A stretch of 63,908 nt of DNA, filler included, from Vezdaea acicularis (taxonomy: Eukaryota), in NCBI GenBank assembly GCA_026025075.1. It is 5 parts of 5 records of this genome, joined end to end, with 100 filler letters (N's around TTAATTAATTAA, not from the genome) between each part and the next. Parts side by side here need not be neighbours in the genome. Positions count along the whole stretch, not along the records: positions 15,401 to 29,993 come from JAPEUI010000227.1; positions 30,094 to 44,671 come from JAPEUI010000228.1; 3 more parts are not named here. One strand, written 5' to 3'. The stretch's first letter is position 1; every line of letters starts with the position of its first letter. The position numbers and the translations under genes are program-made. The notes below the pieces were generated by a model that had not been told where the DNA came from, did no database searches, and saw nothing but the letters and a program-made list of their open reading frames with translations. This document shows, in pieces, positions 25,367 through 35,577 of this stretch.

Positions 25367-25978
25367 ATTCCCACTGCGTAGTCCGGCTTCAGCTAGCTCT
25401 GCCGGCCTCGATGAGAAGTCTCATGCGATTTGCATGCAGCTCGCGCGCGGCAATCCTCTGGTGGACTGTCCTTGCCTTTGTTGACGGTCTCTGGCAGAAA
25501 AGGGGTTACCATCGCCAGCGGCTTCTATCGGCATGGGAGAGCCCCTTTTGCCTGCGCGCGGCGTTTCCTACCCCGTCTCATCGGCTTGTAGGACCCCGCA
25601 AGCCGTCATTCACTGTTGGAGGCTCGCATTAGAGCTCCCGCGCGCTAGCCCTCTCTGTTGTGGGACAGCGGGATAGGGGCAGAGAGTAGCGACACACTAT
25701 AGGGGCAGGGAGCAAGGACGATATATACTAACAGACGCAGCCTCCTTATAGCGCCTGCCCATAGGGCCAGCGCTATGAGGCATGCGACTGCCCTGCAACG
25801 GACAGCGCTTACCGCGCTGTCCTGATCGGGCAGTCGTGACCGGGCACGTGATGGCCCGTATATATAGCATATCTCCTTAGATAGAATCAATGCAACTCTT
25901 TCATCATAAACCCGTACCAGGACGCCTTGTCCTTGCAGTGTCTGGACACCTCGTGCCCTGACACTCTCGCTAGGGGGC

Positions 25979-26160
25979 TATAAAAAGAACCCTCCTCTTC
26001 TTCCTTCTCTTCTTCTTTTCTTCTTTCTTTCATATCATCTTCTACTACTCCGCGGGTCTCGTGCTTTTGCCGGCCCGCTCTTTTCTCTTTCTCTTCCGGC
26101 TTTGCCGTCTCTCCTCTCTTCTCTCTTCGGCTTCGCCGACCTCTCTTCTCTGCCTGCTCG
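25979..26160 (+). promoter_or_regulatory. TATA box plus pyrimidine-rich leader for an antisense gene inside the retrotransposon
   Basis: TATAAAAAG at 25979, followed by a CT-rich tract, upstream of ATG 26184. Confidence 0.55.
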
Positions 26161-26183
26161 CAGGCGTTTCGACAGCGTTTGCT

Positions 26184-26773
26184 ATGTCGAACGTCCGTCC
26201 TCCTGCCGGGCCCCTGATGCCTTATGAGCCCGGGGTCATTCCAAAACGTCTTGCCGGTGGTCCGCCCTTGGATCGCCGGTGCTGCTATGGCTGTTTTCAG
26301 AAGCTTCGGACTGAACCATGGTGGATCTGCGAAGGCGATCCGATGCAGAAATGCAAGGCTTGCCAGAAGTCTAAACACTTCACTTCCCCTGTCCTCTCAC
26401 TTCACTTCTTTCCCCCAACCCCTTGCGTTTCGCCTGCGAATCTAAGGCGATATGCTAACGTTTTGATAGATTCCGGATCTTTTCCACGAAGCAGTTAACC
26501 TCATGATGGGAAAGGCGATTCAACTTTCGGAATTGGATAAGTCTCTTGCGTTTCCCTTGCGATTCCCTTGCGAAAGGCCAATGCTAACTGCTATTAGGGG
26601 CTCATCTTGCTTCGCACGAGTCGTACTGGGTCTTCTTGGAATTCCAGCGGCTCATAGTACAACTCTGCTTGGAAATCCGGATCTGGCGTAAGGACAACGA
26701 TCCGACTGCGGGAAAAGCATGGGCTGGTCGACCATATGCGCTGGCACTTCGTCCGCTTGGCGACTTCAGATAG
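26184..26773 (+). pseudogene. Antisense spliced ORF with Zn2Cys6-like motif inside the LTR element (degenerate donors; may be decaying)
   Basis: Exon 26184-26390 encodes ...CCYGCFQKLRTEPWWICEGDPMQKCKACQKSKHFTSP. Putative introns 26391-26469 and 26537-26597 both have GCTAAC..TAG, but donors are GTCCTC and ATAAGT. Model gives 149 aa. Confidence 0.5.
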
Positions 26774-26934
26774 GCCACCATTCTCCGATGACAATCCGCC
26801 AGCTCGCTCCGTTTCTCGCTCTCTTTGTTGTCAAGTTCTTCGTGATCCTCCTGAATGCCCAGTGAACCAAGGGAAAACCAAGCGCCGTCGTTGTTCAGAC
26901 ATCTCAGTAGAGCCGTGCGCAACCTCCGGCCTGA

Positions 26935-27136
26935 TGATACGAATTCCTCCTCTTGAGTCCATAAATCTCTGCAACTTCTTGGTCATTAGCACCATTTCGA
27001 TTACGAAGTACGGAGTAGAGATGAGAAAGAACCAGCAGCCCAAGATGCAGCATCACTGTCCGGCTTAGTCAGCAGTTGACCACACTAGCGTGGTCAACTG
27101 CTGACTAAGCTAGGGCCATGTTGTAACTATAGGACA
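26935..27136. mobile_element. Possible nested solo LTR / MITE-like insertion (202 bp) with a long hairpin
   Basis: TG...CA ends; flanks CCTGA/GCTGA (4/5 TSD-like); 21-bp perfect inverted repeat at 27063-27110. Confidence 0.45.
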
Positions 27137-27165
27137 GCTGATGCGAGGAGAGGTCTCCGGTTCCG

Positions 27166-27711
27166 GTGGGCCCACGTGAGACGAGGACGCCCCGAGTGCA
27201 AAACGCTGCTCCTTTGCCTCGTCCTAGTCCTCCGGTTGTTTTGGCCCCTCCCCCTCGTCCGCGGCTTGCGCAAAGCCTTCAGCTTTCCGCAACTTCTCCT
27301 CCGACCTTGTCTCCGTCTGCTTGTCGCGTGGATACGCCTCCGGCTCGCAGCGGCTTTTGTTCGCCGAGCCTTCCTCCTTTTCTCTCGCCTCCGGCCGCTC
27401 CTTTGTCGCGTCCGGCCCTTCCAGCGTCCCCCTTGGCACCAGTCGCCTCGTCCGGGACTATTGTCTTCCCGCTGCCAACACCGCAGCCAGCCCGACGTCC
27501 TTCCGCTTCCCGTCCGCTTGTGACGTACGAGGGACGGGCGTCCCGGGCGGCTTCCGTGATGTCTGCTGCGTCCCGGGCAACTCCCGAGCTCGAGACTCGA
27601 GCGTCTTCTGTGCGGCCTCGGGTGTCTCCTGAGCTTGAGGCTCGCTCTCGTTCCGTTGTGGCGGATAGCCGGGCGGAGGATGATGGGGAGGAGTCGGGAT
27701 GGGAGGAGTAG
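27166..27711 (+). CDS. Antisense Pro/Ser/Ala-rich ORF with acidic end, probably the distal part of the antisense cargo
   Basis: 181-aa frame ending EDDGEESGWEE*; the frame opens at a GTG and has no ATG near its 5' end. Confidence 0.35.
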   Translation: MGPRETRTPRVQNAAPLPRPSPPVVLAPPPRPRLAQSLQLSATSPPTLSPSACRVDTPPARSGFCSPSLPPFLSPPAAPLSRPALPASPLAPVASSGTIVFPLPTPQPARRPSASRPLVTYEGRASRAASVMSAASRATPELETRASSVRPRVSPELEARSRSVVADSRAEDDGEESGWEE

Positions 27712-27968
27712 GGGGTGAAAGCGTTTCGCCGCAGTAACGCGGGCGTTCGCTATAAATTGAACGGGAATTGGTTTGGGAGTTCGGGAGTTTGAGACTGCGG
27801 GAAGAAGGGGAGTTAGGGAGTTAGGGCCTTGCTTTTACTGCTCCTCTTAGATAGGAATAAAATCTGCTGCTCCTCATCTCCTTGTGCTGGTGACTCAAAC
27901 CCTTCCCTCCCCCCGTGCCTCGTTCCTTCCACGTTTCGCGTGCGAGGCAACTGCGGCCTTCAGCCCGA

Positions 27969-29993
27969 CTACGTGACGGGGCGCCTACGGCGTCGGGCTG
28001 TTTTCCATTGCCAGCGTCCCTCCGCAGAGAGGTCCGCCTTTGTTGGATACCGCTTGTGGAACTCAGCACCGAGGTCCTGTAGCGCTCGAGTCCTTTCCGT
28101 CTCTTCCGCGGCTACCCATTCGTTCTCGATATCCCCCCTATCCTCGTAGCTGACCAGATATCGCAGCTTGCCATAGTGCAGTTTGCTGTCAAGGATGCGA
28201 GCCACCGTTGAGTCGCCATCGCCCGCGACTCGCAGCGGTAGCGCGCCCGTATCGCCGCGTCCCTCTCCGGTCCTATATGGTTCCAGCAATGATACGTGGA
28301 ATACAGGGTGGATCTTCGTTCCGGCGGGTAGATCAAGGCGATACGCCTGCGTCCCTATTGCGTCTGCAACACGGTATGGACCGTAATATTTGTAGTCAAG
28401 CTTCTTGGACGGTCTGATGGTGTGAATGTTTCTCCCAGACAGCCAGACCATATCGTCAATGGCGAAGTCCATCGGCTTATGCTTCGCATTGTAGTACTCG
28501 GCTTGTTTGGCTACTGCCTCCTGCCAACGGTCCGTAAGGTCCTTTCGGGTCTTTTGCATTGCGTCGATTCGCGACTGAACCGCAGGTACGTCGCAGTCGG
28601 CTCGCATTACCTCGTCCCCGGTGAGGGGATGCTCAGCCCTGGCGAGGAAGAAAGGGGTATGCTTGGTAACGCTATGGACACTGTTGTTGTATGCGAATTC
28701 GGCGCTGCCTAGCCATTCAACCCAGTCGTCCTGCTGATAGTTGATGTAGCTCCTAAGATATTGCTCCAGCGTCTGGTTCTGCCGCTCTGTCTGCCCATCC
28801 GTCTGCGGGTGGAATGCGGTACTCAAGCGTCTCTTGACACCGAGTTGATAGCAGAACGCAGACCAGAACTTCGACGTAAATTGGGTTCCCCTGTCTGTCA
28901 CTATAGACGCAGGAACGCCATAGTTTCTCCAGATACGCTCGTAGAAGAGCTCCGCCAATCCGGCCGCGTCTAGAGTCTTCTGGGTCGGGATGTACTGGGC
29001 CATCTTAGAAAGCCGATCGACGACCACGAGTATCGAGTCGTATGCGATTCCGCTGCGACTCGACGGCGGCAGGTCAGTTATGAAATCCATGGTTATGTCC
29101 CTCCATAAGCCTTCTGGCGCGGGAAGGGACTGGAGCTGCCCGTAAGGCTGATGCCGGGTTGTCTTGGTCCGGGCGCAGGCGTTACACGTGCGAGTATACT
29201 CCTCCACGTCCTTCGCCATGCCCGGCCAGTAGTACTTGCGACGAAGTGCTTCCAGCGTGCGCAAATAGCCAAAATGGCCTGCATGTGGATCATCGTGATT
29301 GCTCCGCATGGCTTCCCCTCTTGCGGGAGCGGGAAGGTATGCTAGAGTTCCATGGTATAGCAGTCCATTACTGACTATCCATTCCGGATCATCTCCTCCA
29401 GGCGGCGCCTGCGGCGAAACCCCTGCGTCTCCCGTGCGCTCCAGAGAGCCACCGGGTGTGCGCTGCCCCTTATTGCGGGTAAGGAAAGATAATAACTCCT
29501 GAGCGAATCCGTCGTCCTCTTGGAGTTCGGCAACAAGCTTGCGAAACGACTGCGAAGGATCGGCGTACGCACTTTCTTCCCGGGCGTTCTCCCTGACCTC
29601 ATTCAGGGGTACAATGCGTCGAGGCCTACCGCTCCGAGACAAGATGACGGTAGCCATTGCGCGCAGGGAGAACGTGCTGTCATGGGGCGACTCGTCCTGC
29701 TCCGCTCCTTCCCCTGTGCTCAGGGGCTCGAAGCGCAGGTCCGGCGATAAGTCCGCGAAAGCTGCATATACGACCGTCTCCTCCTGAAGAAGGCTACCTC
29801 CTGTCTGCTGGATCCCTTCGTCTTCCCCATCCGCGTCCGGCTCGCAGTCGGAACGCAAGGGAGACTCTTCTTTGGGTCCTCTGCGCCGCGTTGTCTCACC
29901 CGAGGATAACTCCCGCGAGAGCTCTTCGTGTGCGGCACTTGCGCGCGCCTCTCCCCCGGAGGGGATCCCGCCATCCTGCTCGAGGGTAGAGAT
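27969..29993 (-). CDS. Pol C-terminus: linker, integrase (HHCC, DDE, GPY/F) and chromodomain
   Basis: HDDPHAGHFG..CNAC; ITMDFITDLP; IVTDRGTQF; TDGQTERQNQ; KYYGPYRV; IHPVFHVSLLEPY; ARILDSK..RYLVSY..NEWV. Frame open to the contig end. Confidence 0.93.
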   Translation of the reverse strand: MSTLEQDGGIPSGGEARASAAHEELSRELSSGETTRRRGPKEESPLRSDCEPDADGEDEGIQQTGGSLLQEETVVYAAFADLSPDLRFEPLSTGEGAEQDESPHDSTFSLRAMATVILSRSGRPRRIVPLNEVRENAREESAYADPSQSFRKLVAELQEDDGFAQELLSFLTRNKGQRTPGGSLERTGDAGVSPQAPPGGDDPEWIVSNGLLYHGTLAYLPAPARGEAMRSNHDDPHAGHFGYLRTLEALRRKYYWPGMAKDVEEYTRTCNACARTKTTRHQPYGQLQSLPAPEGLWRDITMDFITDLPPSSRSGIAYDSILVVVDRLSKMAQYIPTQKTLDAAGLAELFYERIWRNYGVPASIVTDRGTQFTSKFWSAFCYQLGVKRRLSTAFHPQTDGQTERQNQTLEQYLRSYINYQQDDWVEWLGSAEFAYNNSVHSVTKHTPFFLARAEHPLTGDEVMRADCDVPAVQSRIDAMQKTRKDLTDRWQEAVAKQAEYYNAKHKPMDFAIDDMVWLSGRNIHTIRPSKKLDYKYYGPYRVADAIGTQAYRLDLPAGTKIHPVFHVSLLEPYRTGEGRGDTGALPLRVAGDGDSTVARILDSKLHYGKLRYLVSYEDRGDIENEWVAAEETERTRALQDLGAEFHKRYPTKADLSAEGRWQWKTARRRRRPVT

Positions 29994-30093
29994 NNNNNNN
30001 NNNNNNNNNNNNNNNNNNNNNNNNNNNNNNNNNNNNNTTAATTAATTAANNNNNNNNNNNNNNNNNNNNNNNNNNNNNNNNNNNNNNNNNNNN
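29994..30093. other. Artificial contig-joining spacer
   Basis: N44-TTAATTAATTAA-N44. Confidence 0.98.
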
Positions 30094-30537
30094 TGAGATG
30101 TTTTTGCATGGCTTGCTTGATCATTGGTGGGTGTCAATTGACAGGAGGCGGTCTGGATACAAAGTATGCGTGCATGTAGCAAAGATCTAATGCCTATAAC
30201 CGTCCAAGACCCTAGCGATGTCACATGCACAATGAAACGTACGTGCATGGGATGTCAGTAGAGTCATAAATCGATCTAAGGTTTTCGGTCTAAAATAGAC
30301 AGAGCGGCCAAAGCCTGTGCAACTTGCAAAAGTATCATGGGACCATGTCTATTTCCTAGTATGCGTACAGATGTGCCGAAGAGAGACAATCAAATGCCGC
30401 TCCGAGAGCAAAGGCGCAAAGGATCAGTCAGATAGAGGGGATTTGCATAATGAATAATCGCCGCCAGGGAACCTCCACAAGCAAACTACCTCCGAACAGA
30501 CTGTTTGAATAGTTGGTTCAAGGGAAATTGCCATGAT

Positions 30538-33203
30538 TCACGACCACTGGATCTGAGCGGTCATGAAGGAGTATTCGCTCTGAAGCGATGCAGGGTTCTG
30601 GCCGGTTGGCATGGTCCAGCTCAGGAGCATCCTCTTTCCACCATTTGTGATATCGTCTTCATCAAAATAACCAGCTTGGATACCTCCAGCATAGATGTAC
30701 TGGCCTTGCGGGCCTGCTGGGGCCTTAAAGAGGGTCTCTTCCTTCGACCATGGGTATCTCATCATATTACCAACGTAATCCTCTGTCGAGTCCGCGCCCG
30801 GAGCACTGGGAGGTAGAAGTGCGTGGTCGGCCATCAAATACCGGTAATAAAAAGTATTGTCGGCATATGGGTTAAGGTACACGAAGATGAAGGTCATATG
30901 GTAAGGCGAATAGATGATGTCGCCATCCATAAAGGCCCCAGAAACGAAGACCCCTGACGATGTGTGCGATTGCATCGTATTACCCCAGGTTGCTCCGTCC
31001 CAGTATTGATACTAAGCCCAAGTTAGCATTAGACACGTTTGAATTCTTTGTAGACTTACTGAGTCGCGTTCAGTGATCTTATCAGCGTCCACGCGACCGA
31101 TGAGGAGGCCAGCTTTAATGCACCCGAATACGTAGACCTTGCCATCATTGCCACTCATACCAGATGGTCCGTAACTTCGAATACCTCCAATGGTACCCCA
31201 CTCTACTTCATCTTGCATAAAGAGCTTGTCAACAATACGATCAGCTCGGGGCCCACCTTCAGCCTGTGCAGTGATCAGCAATAGAGTTGTACCAGTGTAG
31301 GTATAGTTATGAGCCTTGCTCGTCATATCCACTTGAAGGTAGACGATCGGCGAATAGAGTAAGGCGCTTGTTTCGTTCAAAGGAATGATCGAAGATTCAG
31401 GCCAAATGGCGTAGCGGTATCCTTGGCCTTGCATGACAAGATTATAGCTCTGTTCTCCAGTAGTCAAGGGGGAGAATCCGCGAGTACGTCCCGCGCTGTC
31501 ACTCCATTGGGCAATGCCATCCTGAATTACAAGGCTCTTATTGTCTTTTCCATTGGAGCCTATATCAATTGCCACGGAGCTTGAGACAAAGCCCAAGAAG
31601 TTTCCATCCTGCTCCTCGGTAGTGTTCGCGTACGATCCAGTATCACAGAAAATGAACATCTTCTGCCCATCTAAGTAACCACCTTTTCCTCCATCGCGGG
31701 ATAGATGGGGAATGCCATCCATATCAGCAAGTAAGTCTTTGGCCGATTTGTCGTAAACCAAGATCCCTGTGTCTGGAGACAGTCCGTAATTGGTTGACAG
31801 CGCGCCGTCAACTCCAGGTATTAGAATGCTGCTTGCAAGGCTGACCTCTTGAGGAGGATTCCACGGAATATACTTGTTAGACGGGTCGTTCGAGCTGGGA
31901 CCGTGTAAGATATTCAAACCCACAGAAGGTGCGATGACAGACGATCCAGAGCCGTAACTGATGGATAGTGTACTGGCTGCGTAGGTCGGTCTTGAGCTGT
32001 TCGAAGCCAGCGATTGGCTTGAAACAGTGAGTTGACTTAATGCCAGGGACTGACTTGAACTATTGGAAGTTGTACTGCTGGGAGTACTGAAGGCAAATGG
32101 AGGCGAAAAGGCTGACGTAACGCTGTAAACGCTCCCTGCAGAGATGACGCTCTCGCTCTTGAGAGCGAATGGTTGTAGATAAGAGCTTGAGGAGGTGCTT
32201 TTAAAGCTTGGGAAGAGCTCTATATAATTGGTGGCTGTAGAAGTAGATGCTGTAGATGTAGCCGATTGGGACGTCGAAGCCAAGCTAAATACCTGACTCT
32301 GCTCATCGTTAGACTGCTGAGCTGGGAATGCAGGTGGTGGGTATCCCGAAATGCTCGGCAGCGCTAGATCTGAATAGGAGTATGACACGACTATTGGATG
32401 AGTGAAATGTTAGCAAACGTAATAAACCAGCTAGGAATTACCTTACCAGATGGGCAATATTTACCGGAAAGAGTCAATGTCTGCATGATTTGCTTTGTCT
32501 CCGTAATAGTAAAAGTGGTTGTAGTCTCCGCTGGAACCGTCTCAAACTGATTTAGCGCTGGTTCGCCTATTGATGATTAGTTCTTGTTCTACTGTGGTGA
32601 AGGAATACAATTACTCTTATCTGATGAAGCTGGGTCCTCGACAGGCTTGGTAAATTCCTCCGCTCTCACGGTTGCAGGCGTGGAGACATTTTTACTAGAC
32701 GATGTGGTCGAAAACTCCCCGGACGAAGCTGCCAGATATGAGTACGCTAAAAGGGGGGTAGATGACGAGGTTGTAGAGGGCTTGTCATCGTGAATCCGTT
32801 GATGGGGACCTGTGGGACCTAGGGCACGGTTTGGCTCGGGAATCGTAGATGAGAACGTTGGCGGAGGGCTTGAATACTTGAACTTGGCAGCATCCAAGGT
32901 CACCGTGGTTGTTTCCAAGTTCAGAATTGTAGTGGTAGTCGCAGTGGTGATAACAGTGTCTGTCTTTTGTTCCTTCAAGCTATTCAAATCACCCGTAATT
33001 TTGGGAAAGAAGGAGTAACCCTGCGTGTTGTTACCATTTACTGGGTGGATTATCTTGCCCGTTTCATTGAAAGAGCGATCATAGAGTTCACGGTGAAGAA
33101 GGCGGCGACGGTGAAACGGGCTTATCGCCGAAATAGCACTTATGAAAATCAAAACCACGAGTGCGAGTGACGAAGTGCCATAACGACTGTGTGAGATCCT
33201 CAT
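30538..33203 (-). CDS. Secreted or signal-anchored Ser/Thr-rich protein with C-terminal DUF4185-like propeller domain, ~837 aa
   Basis: N-terminal hydrophobic helix, long S/T tracts, then SRDGGKGG..MFIFCDTG..FVSSSVA and SYQYWDGATW. Exons 33203-32615, 32566-32447, 32390-31060, 31011-30538 (2514 nt, in frame). Domain name is from recall. Confidence 0.7.
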
Positions 33204-34205
33204 CTTGGCCTGCAAGACTTGGAGTCAGATCTAGGAATATCGCCTGGACGTCCTCGGTATCGTCGAAAAGATGATTGCTAGGATTGAAAGAGTGTGTACT
33301 CGAATAGAGAGAGCGTGAGCCCGAAATTTACTCACGGGACTCTTGAGGTGAATTTCGTGATGGTCGTGTTTCCACAAGCACAAGAGAGAGATCCGGGATT
33401 GAAGGCAAACGAGCGGAAGTGTCCTAACGACACAAGAAAGAGCTTGTCATCTAACAAGACTGCTTAAAAATTCAGAAGTGGATGCAGGCCAAGGAGAGAC
33501 GTAAGCGTTTGTGAAAATTGGAGGGGTCGCCAACGGAAGTGTCAACAAACGCTAAGACCGGCAATACTATACGGCTCCACCACACGTCGGCCCGTTCTAG
33601 AAGGTATGACACGGCACAATAGTTTCAAGGTTTCAGAATGCTTGTCTGGAATGACTTCCGGACTCCGAATCTCCTTAGAATACAAAGGAATGGGTATTCT
33701 AAATAATTTGCTTCCAGTTTCTTACATCTCTGGTTCCGGCGTGTTGGCACAAATTGGCTGCGGGGAATCAACTACTGGGCCATGGAACGCCCACGAATAA
33801 ATTATAGAGGGAGTCAAAGGGCCGGCTTTGGGTAGAAGAAATTGGAAAGCGTGGCGCCAGTCCGGACCTGGCGCCCCGCGTATAACCTAGGGCATCTCCC
33901 ATTAACGACATGTATAGGAAATTCAGAAGACATGCTATCTTCGCATTTATATTAGGAACATCGAACCAGAAAGAAGCTGTCATGTCACAGCTTTAAGGAA
34001 ATTGCTAAGATAGAAAGTGAGCTCGCTCGTTTGAATATGTACTAGATCCCAGTGCTACCCTCTCGAGCATATTGTGCCGACCATAAGACGTCTGATCTTT
34101 TTTCGAATGGCCTTATGCATGAACGTTAAAGAAGAGTCTCCGCTGGTCGGTCCAAGGAGGACCAACTTAACATATACCGGATTACCGGTACAACTCTACC
34201 GGCGA

Positions 34206-35148
34206 TTAAGAAGCTTTATCAGCTTTCTCCACCAACTTCGGTGCGGTAGTGTTACCCTTCTCAATATCCGCAGCCCAGAGCGCGGCGCCAACGGTATTTG
34301 TGAAGGAGAGAAAGATACCCGCAACAGGCACTAGCTCTAAGAGAGTAGTGACAGTACCAAAGCTGTTCAAATTAGTTCAACGTTCATAGGTTAGATATGT
34401 ACAATCTATACCTCGTATATTCAGCTTTACGCTCTTCGATAAATTCTTCTTTCTCTGCACCTGTCCATTTCTTAAGCTGGAAATAGCGATTATGCGCAGA
34501 TGGACCATTTCTCCTTCCTATATAACTTGTCAGAAGATTGTGTGTAGCGGTCAGAAAAGGCACTTTACCCTGGAGAATAATGAACATAACTGTACCCACG
34601 ACTGGAATAAAGTTAAGCGGCAGATACATGAAGTACCGAATGATAGCCTTAGGTGAGAACTTCTCGAAGGGTTTCTTGAACAGCTTCCCAAGCTTCGCAA
34701 TGGGGTCGGCACCAGAGTTGATCTGCCGCCCCTGAGCGACGACACTAGTCATATCCTCTGCCAACAGGGTGCCATCAAAGGTGTCTACCAACGCCTCCTC
34801 AATGATAAATGTCTTGCTTAGCACGTTAAGTAGAGTCGAGCTCTCACTCAGGACCAGAAGCGCAGAAGAGAAAAATGCGAGAGGTCCATTGAAGATCGCT
34901 AGCACAGTGGCCTGAGGCACGTACGTGAAGACGAACATGAATGTCAGGATGCCAATGCCTAGCGTGATCGTTGGGACAAGCTTGCTGAGGAGAGGCCTCC
35001 ATAGCGATTTATGGGCAACGAAGTAGTATATGCCTTTGATAGGGTAGAGATATGTCCCAGATCGTGCCGCCTTGGTAGTGAGATGCTTGACGCGATCCAC
35101 CTCTTCAATCACGGTCTCCTTGACCTTATCGGGCACTCTCGACGACAT
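34206..35148 (-). CDS. EI24-domain membrane protein (Rrt8/Lds-like), ~280 aa
   Basis: YLYPIKGIYYF; LNFIPVVGT; HNRYFQLKKW; SFG..LELVP..FTNTVGAALWAAD. Introns 34568-34518 and 34411-34363. Confidence 0.8.
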
Positions 35149-35577
35149 CGCGACGACTTGTCAATAAGGGAGAGTTGAAATGTATTTCTTTCAACCGGAA
35201 TGTGATAATAAATTAGGAGCTGCAAATATTATGGGCTTTGTGGAATGGCAAAGTTTAGATGTGGGCGCCATGTTTTTATGGCATGTGAAGGAAACCTGGT
35301 CGCAAGCAGCTCGCGTCGGGTCTACGTCATGCCTGTCGAACACAATCGTCGAGGTCGGACTTGAGCTACGCGAAAGGTCACATATCTCCAACATCGCCGC
35401 AGAACGCCAGAAGCGGACGACATCTCACCATATAGGGCAGAGGAGCGCACATGCCATTCGCTCTCGACACATTCTCCCTCATCGCCATATAACACACTAC
35501 TCCCCGGAAGTCGGAGACATCTGGACATAAAAGGCGGAGGAGCGCGCAAACTCTCACTCATCGCGTTGTGCATCAGC

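Larger units (their letters stand above)
24640..29993 (-). mobile_element. Ty3/gypsy chromovirus LTR retrotransposon, 3' part (truncated at contig end)
   Basis: Integrase+chromodomain ORF, ~3 kb extra 3' region, polypurine tract and TG..CA LTR, all in minus-strand order. Confidence 0.88.

Noticed and set aside
27775..27827. GGGAGTTAGGGAGTTAGGG as a telomeric remnant
   Set aside because: 8-nt period and only 2-3 units; more likely a G-rich 3' tail of the antisense ORF.
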